Shown here in pieces: positions 46,759-56,580 of a stretch of DNA of 64,000 nucleotides; positions within the stretch are counted from its first letter, which is position 1, and each line of letters starts with the position of its first letter. The stretch lies in the sequence record SRR20825019_354; one strand, given 5' to 3'. The position numbers were made by a program, and so were the translations under genes. The notes below the pieces were generated by a model. That model did no database searches. It saw only the letters and a program-made list of their open reading frames with translations, and had not been told where the DNA came from.

Positions 46759-49188
46759 TTACGTTTTATTTTTTTCCTTAAACTCGTAAATAATACCGCC
46801 TAAGATTAATAACATTAAAAGAATAGAGCTTGCTAAAACTATAGTACTACCAGTTTTAATAACTTTAGGTTCAAACCTAAATACAATTTCATGAGTTCCA
46901 GAAGGTATTTCAAGACCTCTTAACGTATAGTTGACTCTTAAAATATCGACTTCTTTTTCATCTATATAAGCTTTCCAACCGTTTTCATAGTAGATCTCTG
47001 AAAAGACAGCAAATGCATCTTGAGAAGACTTACTCTCATAAATTAATTCGTTAGGTTGATAACTCTTTAAGTTTATAGTAGCCGTAGAATCTTTTTTAAA
47101 TGTGTGCTGCTTTAGGTTTGAAGTAAATTCTGGAGTAATTAACGCTTTCTCTTTTGTGTTTAGGAAACTTAAATAAAGAATTACTTCATTATCTGTTCTT
47201 GTTTCTTGAATACTATCCACAAACCAAGCGTTTCCGTTAGCATACGGATTTCGTTGTGCAAATAGGTTTCCTTCATTTTTAATAATATTATACTTAACAT
47301 TAAGCATATTTAAAACCGCTTGATTGCCTTCATACACATGAAACTCAAACAAGTCTTGCATACGTTTTGGCTTTGCACCGTGATATCCACCAATTGAGTT
47401 ATGAAAGAATGATGCTCTAGCTGAATTTAATGGGCTTCCGCTTAAGTCTAAAACACGATAGTTTCCTTTATCTTTTAAAATTTCCTGATCTGCACTGTTA
47501 GGTTGAAATGGCTGATCTATTAAATATTTAGACACAAAGTTATCATCATTAACGTAACGCTTATCTACACCAACTAAATCAAATAAAACTAAGATCACCA
47601 AACCTGCCACTACAAGCTTTTCATTTATTTTTTCTTTAATGTAACCAAAGATTAAAACAGCAACTAACGCAATAAGTATTAGTGTTCTTAAAGTATCTTC
47701 AGATAAGAGTGTAGCACGATCTTCACGGATGGCCTTTACAAAATCGACACCCATTTGCTCTATAAACATAGTATCATAAGGGCTTTCGAAATTGAAAAGT
47801 GTGTTTTTAAAGGCTAAAATTATTAGTGTTATTCCGCCAAGTATAATACTAGTCCATTTTAAAGCATTTAATTTTTCTTCTTTACGTACTACGTTATTAA
47901 ATAGTTGAGTTAGTCCAAACACAGCTAATATAGGTATACACAACCTTAAAATAACCTGAGTTGTAGATACAGCTCTAAACTTATCATACATTGGTACATA
48001 ATCTATAAAGAAACGTGTGAGAAACTCTAGATTTTTTCCCCAACTTAAAAACAGAGATAATACTATACCTGCTACTACCCAATATTTTAATCTGCCTTTT
48101 ACCATAAACAAGGCAAACACAAATAAAAATATAATAGTAGCTCCTACATATGCTGGTGCTCCAACAAAGGTTTGGTCTCCCCAATACATTGGGACTTGTT
48201 GTACAAATTGATTAGCTTGTTGTGGTGAAGCTCCTAATTTAATAACTTCCTCAACTGTTTTAGAATCCTCAGGAAGCGACTCTAAAGAAGAGCCACCCAT
48301 AAATCTTGGAATAAATAAATTTAAGGTTTCTAAAATACCATAGCTGTATTCAGTAATATAATCAAAACTTAATCCATCTTGTTTTTCTGAAATCGAGCCA
48401 TCTGTATTAACTGTAATAGCAGATTCTCCTCTCGTACTAAATGCTGTATATTCTTTAGTTGCTAAAAGACTGGTAGCGTTTGTGGCTATACCTATAACCA
48501 CAGCAACTATCATAATACCTATACATTTAAAAAAGTGCGGCAGTTGTTTTTTCTTAATAGCATCTATTAAATAAACTATACCAATAATCACTACTAATAA
48601 CAATAGGTAATATGTCATTTGAAAATGGTTAGCCATTATTTCCAAACTCATACTAACAGCCAATAAGAGAAAGCCCCAAATATGACGTCCTTTAAATATG
48701 AGTAAAATTCCTGCTAGTACTAAAGGCATATATGCAATAGCATGAGCTTTTGCATTGTGGCCGGCACTTAATATATCTAACATATTGGTAGATAACCCAA
48801 ATGCCAAAGATGCTATTATAGCTAACTTCCAGTCTACTTTTAAAATAATTAACAGTATATAAATACCAATAAAAAACAAGAACATATAATCTGCTGGTCT
48901 AGGCAGAAAACGTAATGTTCTATCTAACATTTTATTAAAACTATAAGGGTACTGCGCGCCTAATTGATAGGTAGGCATACCACCAAAAGCTGCATTTGTC
49001 CAATAGGGTTCTTCACCAGTAGCATCTCTAAAATCTGTTTGCTCTTTAGACATCCCTTTATACTGAGCTATATCACTTTGATTAAGTTTTTTGCCCTCTA
49101 ACAATGGACTGAAGTAAGCCATTGAGACTATTATAAAGCCTATTATTACAAGTATGTGAGGAATTAGTTTTTTAATGCTTGGATTCAT
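46759..49188 (-). CDS. YfhO family membrane protein (GT-C-like)
   Basis: QSDI, WTNAAFGGMPTYQ, many TM segments, SIGGYHGAK, FSEIYY..GWKAYID. Confidence 0.88.
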   Translation of the reverse strand: MNPSIKKLIPHILVIIGFIIVSMAYFSPLLEGKKLNQSDIAQYKGMSKEQTDFRDATGEEPYWTNAAFGGMPTYQLGAQYPYSFNKMLDRTLRFLPRPADYMFLFFIGIYILLIILKVDWKLAIIASLAFGLSTNMLDILSAGHNAKAHAIAYMPLVLAGILLIFKGRHIWGFLLLAVSMSLEIMANHFQMTYYLLLLVVIIGIVYLIDAIKKKQLPHFFKCIGIMIVAVVIGIATNATSLLATKEYTAFSTRGESAITVNTDGSISEKQDGLSFDYITEYSYGILETLNLFIPRFMGGSSLESLPEDSKTVEEVIKLGASPQQANQFVQQVPMYWGDQTFVGAPAYVGATIIFLFVFALFMVKGRLKYWVVAGIVLSLFLSWGKNLEFLTRFFIDYVPMYDKFRAVSTTQVILRLCIPILAVFGLTQLFNNVVRKEEKLNALKWTSIILGGITLIILAFKNTLFNFESPYDTMFIEQMGVDFVKAIREDRATLLSEDTLRTLILIALVAVLIFGYIKEKINEKLVVAGLVILVLFDLVGVDKRYVNDDNFVSKYLIDQPFQPNSADQEILKDKGNYRVLDLSGSPLNSARASFFHNSIGGYHGAKPKRMQDLFEFHVYEGNQAVLNMLNVKYNIIKNEGNLFAQRNPYANGNAWFVDSIQETRTDNEVILYLSFLNTKEKALITPEFTSNLKQHTFKKDSTATINLKSYQPNELIYESKSSQDAFAVFSEIYYENGWKAYIDEKEVDILRVNYTLRGLEIPSGTHEIVFRFEPKVIKTGSTIVLASSILLMLLILGGIIYEFKEKNKT

Positions 49189-49277
49189 GTGTTGGTTTTA
49201 TCTATCCATTAGTGAGTTTAAAAGCTCTTGTATGCAAAAAAAAGGTCAATACACTAAATGCTTCTTAACCTTTACAT

Positions 49278-50666
49278 TTATTTTTTAGCAATACTCTCAA
49301 CAACTGTCATCATGTCTTTAGCTAGTTGATCTGCTTCTTCTTGACTTTTTGCTTCGGTATAAACTCTAATTATAGGCTCTGTATTACTTTTTCTCAAGTG
49401 AACCCAATTTTCTGCAAAATCTATTTTTACACCATCAATTGTGGTAACTTCTTCATCTTTGTAATGCGCTTCAACAGCTTCTAAAATAGCATCTACATCT
49501 AACTCTGGTGTTAACTGTATTTTATTCTTGCTCATAAAATAGCTAGGGTATGTTGCTCTAAGCTCAGAAACTTTCATCTTCTTTTCTGCTAAGTGCGTTA
49601 AAAATAATGCTACTCCAACAAGGCTATCACGACCGTAATGTAATTCTGGGTAAATAATACCTCCATTGCCTTCACCACCAATTACAGCATCTGTATCTTT
49701 CATAAGCTGTACAACATTAACCTCTCCAACAGCACTTGCTTGGTAACTACCACCATGTTTCTCCGTAACATCTCTTAATGCTCTAGAAGAACTCATATTA
49801 CTAACTGTGTTTCCTTTTTGCTTTCCTAAGATATAATCTGCAACAGCTACCAATGTGTATTCTTCACCAAACATTTCTCCTGTTTCATCAATAAACGCTA
49901 AGCGATCTACATCTGGATCTACAACAACACCAAAATCTGCATGTTCTTCAATTACAAGTTTACAAATATCACCTAAGTGTTCTTTTAAGGGTTCTGGATT
50001 ATGTGGAAATTGACCATTAGGTTCGCAATAAAGCTTTACTGTTTCTACACCTAGCTCATTTAAAAGCATTGGTATTGCTAAACCACCAGTACTATTAACA
50101 CCATCTACCACAACCTTAAAGTTTGCTTTTCTTATTGCATCGGCATCTACCAAATCTAAGTTTAAAATTTCTTCAATATGCAAATCAAAGTACGCATCGT
50201 TCTTAGTTATTTCTCCAAGATCATCAACTTCAGCAAACGTTATGTTTGCACCTTCTGCTATGTCTAATATTTTTTGTCCTTCAGCACCATTCAAAAATTC
50301 ACCTTTATGGTTTAAAAGTTTAAGTGCATTCCATTGTTTGGGATTGTGACTTGCAGTTAAAATTATACCACCATCGGCGTGCTCCATTGGCACGGCAACC
50401 TCAACAGTTGGAGTTGTAGAAAGTCCTAAATCTATAACATGAATTCCTAAACCAACTAGGGTATTCATTACTAAGTTTTGTATCATTTCTCCAGAAATAC
50501 GAGCATCTCTACCTACAACAACTCTATAATTATCTTTAGTTCTTTGCTGCTTTAGCCAAGTACCATAAGCACTTGCAAATTTAACAGCATCAATTGGTGT
50601 TAAGTTATCTCCTACGTTACCACCAATGGTACCGCGTATTCCTGATATAGATTTTATTAGAGTCAT
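49278..50666 (-). CDS. glmM: Phosphoglucosamine mutase
   Basis: SISGIRG, TASHNP, DPDVDR, GGEGNGG, RKSNTEP. Confidence 0.9.
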   Translation of the reverse strand: MTLIKSISGIRGTIGGNVGDNLTPIDAVKFASAYGTWLKQQRTKDNYRVVVGRDARISGEMIQNLVMNTLVGLGIHVIDLGLSTTPTVEVAVPMEHADGGIILTASHNPKQWNALKLLNHKGEFLNGAEGQKILDIAEGANITFAEVDDLGEITKNDAYFDLHIEEILNLDLVDADAIRKANFKVVVDGVNSTGGLAIPMLLNELGVETVKLYCEPNGQFPHNPEPLKEHLGDICKLVIEEHADFGVVVDPDVDRLAFIDETGEMFGEEYTLVAVADYILGKQKGNTVSNMSSSRALRDVTEKHGGSYQASAVGEVNVVQLMKDTDAVIGGEGNGGIIYPELHYGRDSLVGVALFLTHLAEKKMKVSELRATYPSYFMSKNKIQLTPELDVDAILEAVEAHYKDEEVTTIDGVKIDFAENWVHLRKSNTEPIIRVYTEAKSQEEADQLAKDMMTVVESIAKK

Positions 50667-50862
50667 TCTTAAGTTTTAAATTTTGATAATTAGCTGGTTA
50701 GAAAATTAGTGATATGTAATTTAAACAACGTTAGCTTTACTTTAAAAGTTTTTTAACCACTAAATTGTAACGATTTATGGTGTTGAAATTCTCTAAAGAG
50801 ACATTCATTAATTTTCAAGAACAAATATACTATTTCAAAACCGATGTTGTAACTTCGGCCTA

Positions 50863-51468
50863 ATGAATTACCTTGCTCATATTTACCTGTCTAAGGATGA
50901 CGATTTGCTCAAAATAGGGAATTTTGCTGCAGACTCCATTAAAGGAAAGTCATTTTTAAAATATCCAGAGCGTATGCGCACAGGAATTACCTTGCACCGT
51001 GCGATAGACACCTACACAGACTCACACCCTATAGTTAGAGAAAGTGTATCTCGCCTCTTTCCCAAATACTCTCATTACAGTACCGTTATCGTAGATATTC
51101 TTTATGACCATTATTTAGCCAAAAACTGGAACGATTTTCATCCACAACCGCTATCAGAATATGTAAATGAATTTTACACACTCCTAGAAAACCAATACAG
51201 TATTTTACCCAAACGTGTACAATCATTTCTACCAGTGATGACAGAGCATAATTGGTTATTAAGTTATGCTACTATTGATGGCATTGGAAAGATTTTATAT
51301 CAAATGAACATTAGAACAAAACGCCGAAGTGATATGCATTTGGCAGTTTATGATTTACAGAAATTTTACTCAGAATTTGAAAAAGAATTTCGAACGTTTT
51401 TTGAAGATTTAGAAACTTACGTAGAAGACTTACTTCCAACATTATTATCTCATGAGAATTTACATTAG
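50863..51468 (+). CDS. acpH: Acyl carrier protein phosphodiesterase
   Basis: MNYLAHIYLS, GNFAAD, LHRAIDTYTDSHP, DILYDHYLA. Confidence 0.9.
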   Translation: MNYLAHIYLSKDDDLLKIGNFAADSIKGKSFLKYPERMRTGITLHRAIDTYTDSHPIVRESVSRLFPKYSHYSTVIVDILYDHYLAKNWNDFHPQPLSEYVNEFYTLLENQYSILPKRVQSFLPVMTEHNWLLSYATIDGIGKILYQMNIRTKRRSDMHLAVYDLQKFYSEFEKEFRTFFEDLETYVEDLLPTLLSHENLH

Positions 51469-53142
51469 CCTCCTATTTTTATGTATTGTAGCTTTAAGTT
51501 GTAAAACTAAACCAGAGCCTAAAAAACACCAATATACGGACCTATTGCAGAAAACGCTATGGTAGTTTCTGCAAGAGCAGAGGCCTCTAAAATTGGTAGT
51601 GAAATTCTTGAACAAGGCGGTAATGCCTTTGATGCAATGTTTGCCACAGAAATGGCTTTAGCAGTTACCTTTCCATTTGCAGGAAATCTTGGCGGTGGCG
51701 GTTTTATGGTGTATCGATTAGAAAATGGAAAAACAGGCGCATTGGACTATCGAGAAAAAGCACCATTATTAGCTAGCAAAACAATGTACCAAGATAAAAA
51801 CGGTAATATAATACCAAAATTAAGCACAGTTGGTGCAAAAGCTGTTGGTGTTCCTGGTACAATTGCAGGAATTTTTGAAGCACACAGAACATTTGGAAGT
51901 ATACCAATAGACAGTTTATTAATGCCAGTAATTAAACTTGCAGAACAAGGCTACGTTATAACTAAAAACCAAAAAGAACGCCTTGAGTATTATGCGCCAG
52001 TTTTTGATTCGGTTAATGGTAAGACAACATTGTATTCTGAAACTCTTACAGATACAGTGAAAAATATTGCACTAGCTAAAACATTAAAACGAATTGCCAC
52101 TAACGGAGAAAGTGAGTTTTATACAGGTGAAACTGGACAAAAAATAGTGAAGTTTCTATCAGAAAAAGATGGTCTTATTACTCTTGAAGATTTAAAAGCC
52201 TACGATGCTGTATGGCGTGACCCAATCACATTTACATATGACAATTTAAAAATAATAAGTATGTCTCCTCCAAGTAGTGGTGGTATTTGCTTGGCTCAAA
52301 TTATGGGAATGATAGAGCCGTATGATTTGCAACAGTATAAACACAACTCTGCTAAATACATACAACTTATAACAGAAGCAGAACGCCGCGCTTACGCAGA
52401 CAGAAGTCATTGGCTAGGCGATCCAGATTTTACAGACATTCCTTTAGATTCACTAATTTCTGAAGCTTATTTAACCCAAAGAATGAAAAGTTTTAGTTGG
52501 GATAATGCCACTAAATCTTCCAATGTTTCACACGGAAATATAATAGGCTACGAGAGTGATGAAACTACACACTACTCTATAATAGATTCTTATGGAAATG
52601 CCATTTCTGTAACCACAACACTTAATGGCGCTTATGGTTCTAAATTATATGTGGATGAATTAGGTTTCTTTCTAAATAATGAAATGGACGATTTTAGCAG
52701 TAAGCCAGGCGTCCCTAATATGTTTGGATTAATTGGCGCAGAAGCAAATAGTATAGCTCCAGAAAAACGTATGCTAAGTAGTATGACTCCAACAATTGTT
52801 GAAAAAGATGGTAAACTTTGGATGAGTGTTGGCACACCAGGCGGAAGTACCATAATTACATCTGTACTACAGACTATCTTAAATGTGCAGGAGTTTAATA
52901 TGACCATGCAAGAAGCAGTTGATGCTCCTAGATTTCATCACCAATGGCTACCAGATGTTATAAGGTTTGAACCAGATGTGTTTTCTACTGAAGAGTTGAC
53001 TACACTTAAAGAAAAAGGTTACTTAATAAATGAAGAGGAAAGTCCTATTATAGGAAAGGTAGATGGTATTCTCATTATGCCAGATGGCAAGCTGGAAGGT
53101 GGCGCAGATAGACGTGGAGATGATACTGCAATTGGATTTTAA
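51452..53142 (+). pseudogene. ggt: Gamma-glutamyltransferase, frameshifted between signal peptide and catalytic body (or a sequencing error)
   Basis: Intact GGT body in 51559-53142 (GGNAFDA, ETTHYS, LNNEMDDF, LSSMTP, GTPGG); the lipoprotein signal MRIYISLLFLCIVALSC from 51452 is in another frame and rejoins if one A is added to the A6 tract at 51521-51526. Confidence 0.75.
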
Positions 53143-53252
53143 GACATCTCTAAATAAATAGAGCTCTATATGAATTTTAATTTATAATAGATTTAGAATA
53201 AAATGCTTTAATGCATTCCAACAAATATTGAAATGCATTAAACACTTAATAA

Positions 53253-55679
53253 TTATCTAAGCTCTGCTCCTAATTGGTTTTCGAATTGATGCTGCAATTT
53301 CCCCATAATTTTATCAACCTGTTTATCTGTCAAGGTTTTATTTTCATCTTGTAAAATAAAGCTCACTGCATAACTCTTCTTTCCGTTTGGCAAATTTTTT
53401 CCTTCATAAACATCAAAAAGACTTACATCTTTAAGTAGTTTACGTTCTGTTTTTTGTGCAATGTCATCTATCTGAGAGAAATTTACATTATCATCTAATA
53501 GTAAAGCAAAATCTCTTCTCACTTTAGGATATTTAGGAATGTCATTTAGCTTAAAACGTTGTTTAGAAGCCATTAGCAATACATTGTCCCAGTTAAAATC
53601 TGCAAAAAGTACGTCTTGATCAACATTCATCTTTTTACAAAGAGTTTTGTTTACTATACCAAAATCTACCAAGGTTGTTTTTCCTAAAGAAATACTCATA
53701 CCTTCAGAAAGATCGGAATGCTTTGTAGGCGCGTAATTAAGTTTAGAAATACCTAATCTATTTAAAACCGCTTCAATTGTACCTTTGAGCAAAAAGAAGT
53801 CGCTTGGCTTTTGCACTATATTCCAAGCCTCTGTATTACGATCTCCTGTTAAATAAATAGCTAAATGCTTAGCTTCTACTCTACCACTATCATAATTGTG
53901 GTAGGTTTTACCAAATTCAAACAATTTTAAATCGGCACGCTTTCTATTTACATTAAAAGCAATGGACTCTAAACCTGAAAATAACATATTCTGTCTCAAT
54001 ACACTTAAATCCTGACTTAATGGATTTAGCATCTTAACTGCGTGCTTAGGATTAGATTGTTCACTTAGTTCTGCATAACGCTCTGCTGTTAAAGAATTAG
54101 ACAGCATTTCGTAAAAACCTTGAGACGTAAGTTGATTTCCTACAACGTTCTGTAATTTATAATCTTCAAATCGACCAGAATTAGACATAGAAGCATTTAA
54201 CTTCTTACCAACCTTAATATTATTGTATCCATATACTCTAAGTATTTCTTCAATAACATCCGATTGTCTTTGCACATCTACTCTATAGGAAGGTATTGTA
54301 AGTCCTAAGCCAGTTTCTGTAACATTGTTCACCTTTATTTCTAAAGATGCCAATATAGATTTAATAGTTTCTGTAGGTATTTCTTCACCTATAAGTGTAT
54401 TAATCTTATCGAATGTTAAAAAGACTTGAAAGTCTTCAAACTTTTTAGGGTAGTAATCTTCAGAATCCATTGTAACATCTCCACCCGCAAGTTCTTGTAT
54501 TAACAAGACTGCTCGTTTTAATGCATATTCTGTACTTTCTGGATCTATTCCACGTTCAAACCTAAAAGATGCATCTGTATTTAACCCATGTCTTTTAGCT
54601 GTTTTACGTACGCTTACAGGGTTAAAATAAGCGCTCTCTAAGAAAATGCTATTTGTATGTTCTGTAACACCAGAATTTACACCTCCAAATACACCTGCAA
54701 TACATAATGGTTTATTTGCATCGCAAATCATCAAGTCATTTTCGTGTAACTCACGTTCTACCTCATCTAAAGTTGTAAATTTTGTTCCTGCAGGTAGCGT
54801 TTTTACATTTATAACATCACCTTCAATACGGTCTGCATCAAATGCATGTAATGGTTGTCCTAACTCATGCATAACATAGTTAGTAACATCTACCACATTG
54901 TTTTTAGGAGTTAATCCTATTGCTAACAATCTGTTCTTTAACCATTTTGGAGACTCTGCTACCTTAATACCAGTAATTGTAGTTCCGCAATACCTTGGTG
55001 CTAAATCTGTATCTTCAACATTAATAGCTATACGTCTGCTTCTATTTTCAACTTTAAATTTACTAACAGAAGGTGTATTTAAGGTAACGGCGTGCTCTTG
55101 CTGTATTAAACCTGCTTTTAAATCTCTAGCAACACCCCAATGACTCATAGCATCTGCTCTGTTTGGTGTTAATCCAATCTCGAATACTACATCATTCTCT
55201 ATATCAAAGATATCTGCTACTGGTGTACCTACTGTTAGAGACTCATCTAATACCAAAATACCGTCATGGCTTTTCCCTAAGCCTAGCTCGTCTTCGGCAC
55301 AAATCATACCTTCACTAACCTCACCTCTTATCTTACCTTTTTTTATAACCCAAGGCTCACCATTCTCGTCATATAAAGTGCTACCTACTGTTACAACAGG
55401 TACTTTTTGACCTTTAGCTACATTAGGTGCTCCACATACAATATGTAAAGGTGTTTGCTCTCCTACATTTACTGTGGTAACTTTTAATCGATCTGCATTA
55501 GGATGAGGCTCACACGTAAGCACTTCTCCTACAACAACACCTTCTAAACCACCTTTCACGCTTTGAAAGGCTTCAATACCTTCTACTTCAAGACCTAAAT
55601 CTGTTAAAAGTTCACTTGTTTTTTCGGGTGCCCAGTCTATCTGGATAAACTGTTTAAGCCAGTTGTAAGAAATTTTCAT
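53253..55679 (-). CDS. pheT: Phenylalanine--tRNA ligase beta subunit
   Basis: MKISYNWL, HPNADRL, IVCGAPN, TPNRAD, RFERG; ATG at 55679. Confidence 0.97.
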   Translation of the reverse strand: MKISYNWLKQFIQIDWAPEKTSELLTDLGLEVEGIEAFQSVKGGLEGVVVGEVLTCEPHPNADRLKVTTVNVGEQTPLHIVCGAPNVAKGQKVPVVTVGSTLYDENGEPWVIKKGKIRGEVSEGMICAEDELGLGKSHDGILVLDESLTVGTPVADIFDIENDVVFEIGLTPNRADAMSHWGVARDLKAGLIQQEHAVTLNTPSVSKFKVENRSRRIAINVEDTDLAPRYCGTTITGIKVAESPKWLKNRLLAIGLTPKNNVVDVTNYVMHELGQPLHAFDADRIEGDVINVKTLPAGTKFTTLDEVERELHENDLMICDANKPLCIAGVFGGVNSGVTEHTNSIFLESAYFNPVSVRKTAKRHGLNTDASFRFERGIDPESTEYALKRAVLLIQELAGGDVTMDSEDYYPKKFEDFQVFLTFDKINTLIGEEIPTETIKSILASLEIKVNNVTETGLGLTIPSYRVDVQRQSDVIEEILRVYGYNNIKVGKKLNASMSNSGRFEDYKLQNVVGNQLTSQGFYEMLSNSLTAERYAELSEQSNPKHAVKMLNPLSQDLSVLRQNMLFSGLESIAFNVNRKRADLKLFEFGKTYHNYDSGRVEAKHLAIYLTGDRNTEAWNIVQKPSDFFLLKGTIEAVLNRLGISKLNYAPTKHSDLSEGMSISLGKTTLVDFGIVNKTLCKKMNVDQDVLFADFNWDNVLLMASKQRFKLNDIPKYPKVRRDFALLLDDNVNFSQIDDIAQKTERKLLKDVSLFDVYEGKNLPNGKKSYAVSFILQDENKTLTDKQVDKIMGKLQHQFENQLGAELR

Positions 55680-55839
55680 TGCAATAATTTTTTCAGTGGG
55701 CAAAGATAGGATTTTCTTAGCATTCTTATTTTGAAAATTAAGTGATACCTATAGATTGTATATTCTTAAAAAAAACCACTTTCTAAGCTCTGGTTTGTAT
55801 CTTTGCTACTATATTAAATCCTATCAATTTCAAGATACC

Positions 55840-56415
55840 ATGAAACTTGTATTTGCTACCCATAATAAAAATAAATTTGCTGAAGTAAAGGCATTAATGC
55901 CTGAATACATCGAGCTTTTATCTTTAACAGATATCGATTTTCATGATGATATAAGAGAAACAGAAGATACTATAGAAGGTAATGCAATATTAAAAGCAAA
56001 CTATATTAAAGACAGACTTGGCTTTAATTGTTTTGCAGATGATACCGGTTTAGAGGTTGATGCGTTAGATGGTAAACCTGGTGTTTATTCTGCTAGGTAT
56101 GCAGGAGAACAACGTAGTAGTGAAGACAATATGAATCTGTTACTCGATAACTTAAAAGATCAAGATAACAGAGCTGCGCAATTTAAAACCATTATTGCAT
56201 TAGTTATAGATAAACAAAAGACTTTGTTTTCTGGAATATGCAGAGGTGAAATTATAAAAGAAAAAAGAGGCGAAAAAGGATTTGGTTATGATCCTATTTT
56301 TATACCGAATGCATCTAAAAAAACGTTTGCTGAAATGCCTCAAGATGAAAAGGCAAAGCACAGTCATCGCGGAAAAGCCATAAGAGAGCTTATAGATTAT
56401 TTAAAAGAAGATTGA
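55840..56415 (+). CDS. rdgB: Non-canonical purine NTP pyrophosphatase (Ham1)
   Basis: FATHNKNK, ADDTGL, PGVYSARY, GFGYDPIF, SHRGKA; ATG at 55840. Confidence 0.93.
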   Translation: MKLVFATHNKNKFAEVKALMPEYIELLSLTDIDFHDDIRETEDTIEGNAILKANYIKDRLGFNCFADDTGLEVDALDGKPGVYSARYAGEQRSSEDNMNLLLDNLKDQDNRAAQFKTIIALVIDKQKTLFSGICRGEIIKEKRGEKGFGYDPIFIPNASKKTFAEMPQDEKAKHSHRGKAIRELIDYLKED

Positions 56416-56580
56416 TTTTCAATAGTTTACAGTACATTTCTATTTAAAATTCATTACAAAATCTAATTGAATTATTATCAATAATAATCAATAAATAAAC
56501 CGTACCTTTGCAAAAATTTTAACCGCCTTGAGAGTCGGTCGGCATTGGTGCAAAATTATTCTCGAGGTTTTACATACTAT

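Noticed and set aside
51515-51530. Programmed -1 ribosomal frameshift in ggt
   Set aside because: The reading frame (CCT AAA AAA CAC) is not a canonical X XXY YYZ slippery site, and no stimulatory structure is evident.
53200-53245. TTAATGCATT...AATGCATTAA inverted repeat between ggt and pheT
   Set aside because: Most simply a weak terminator between convergent genes; nothing further supports a novel element.
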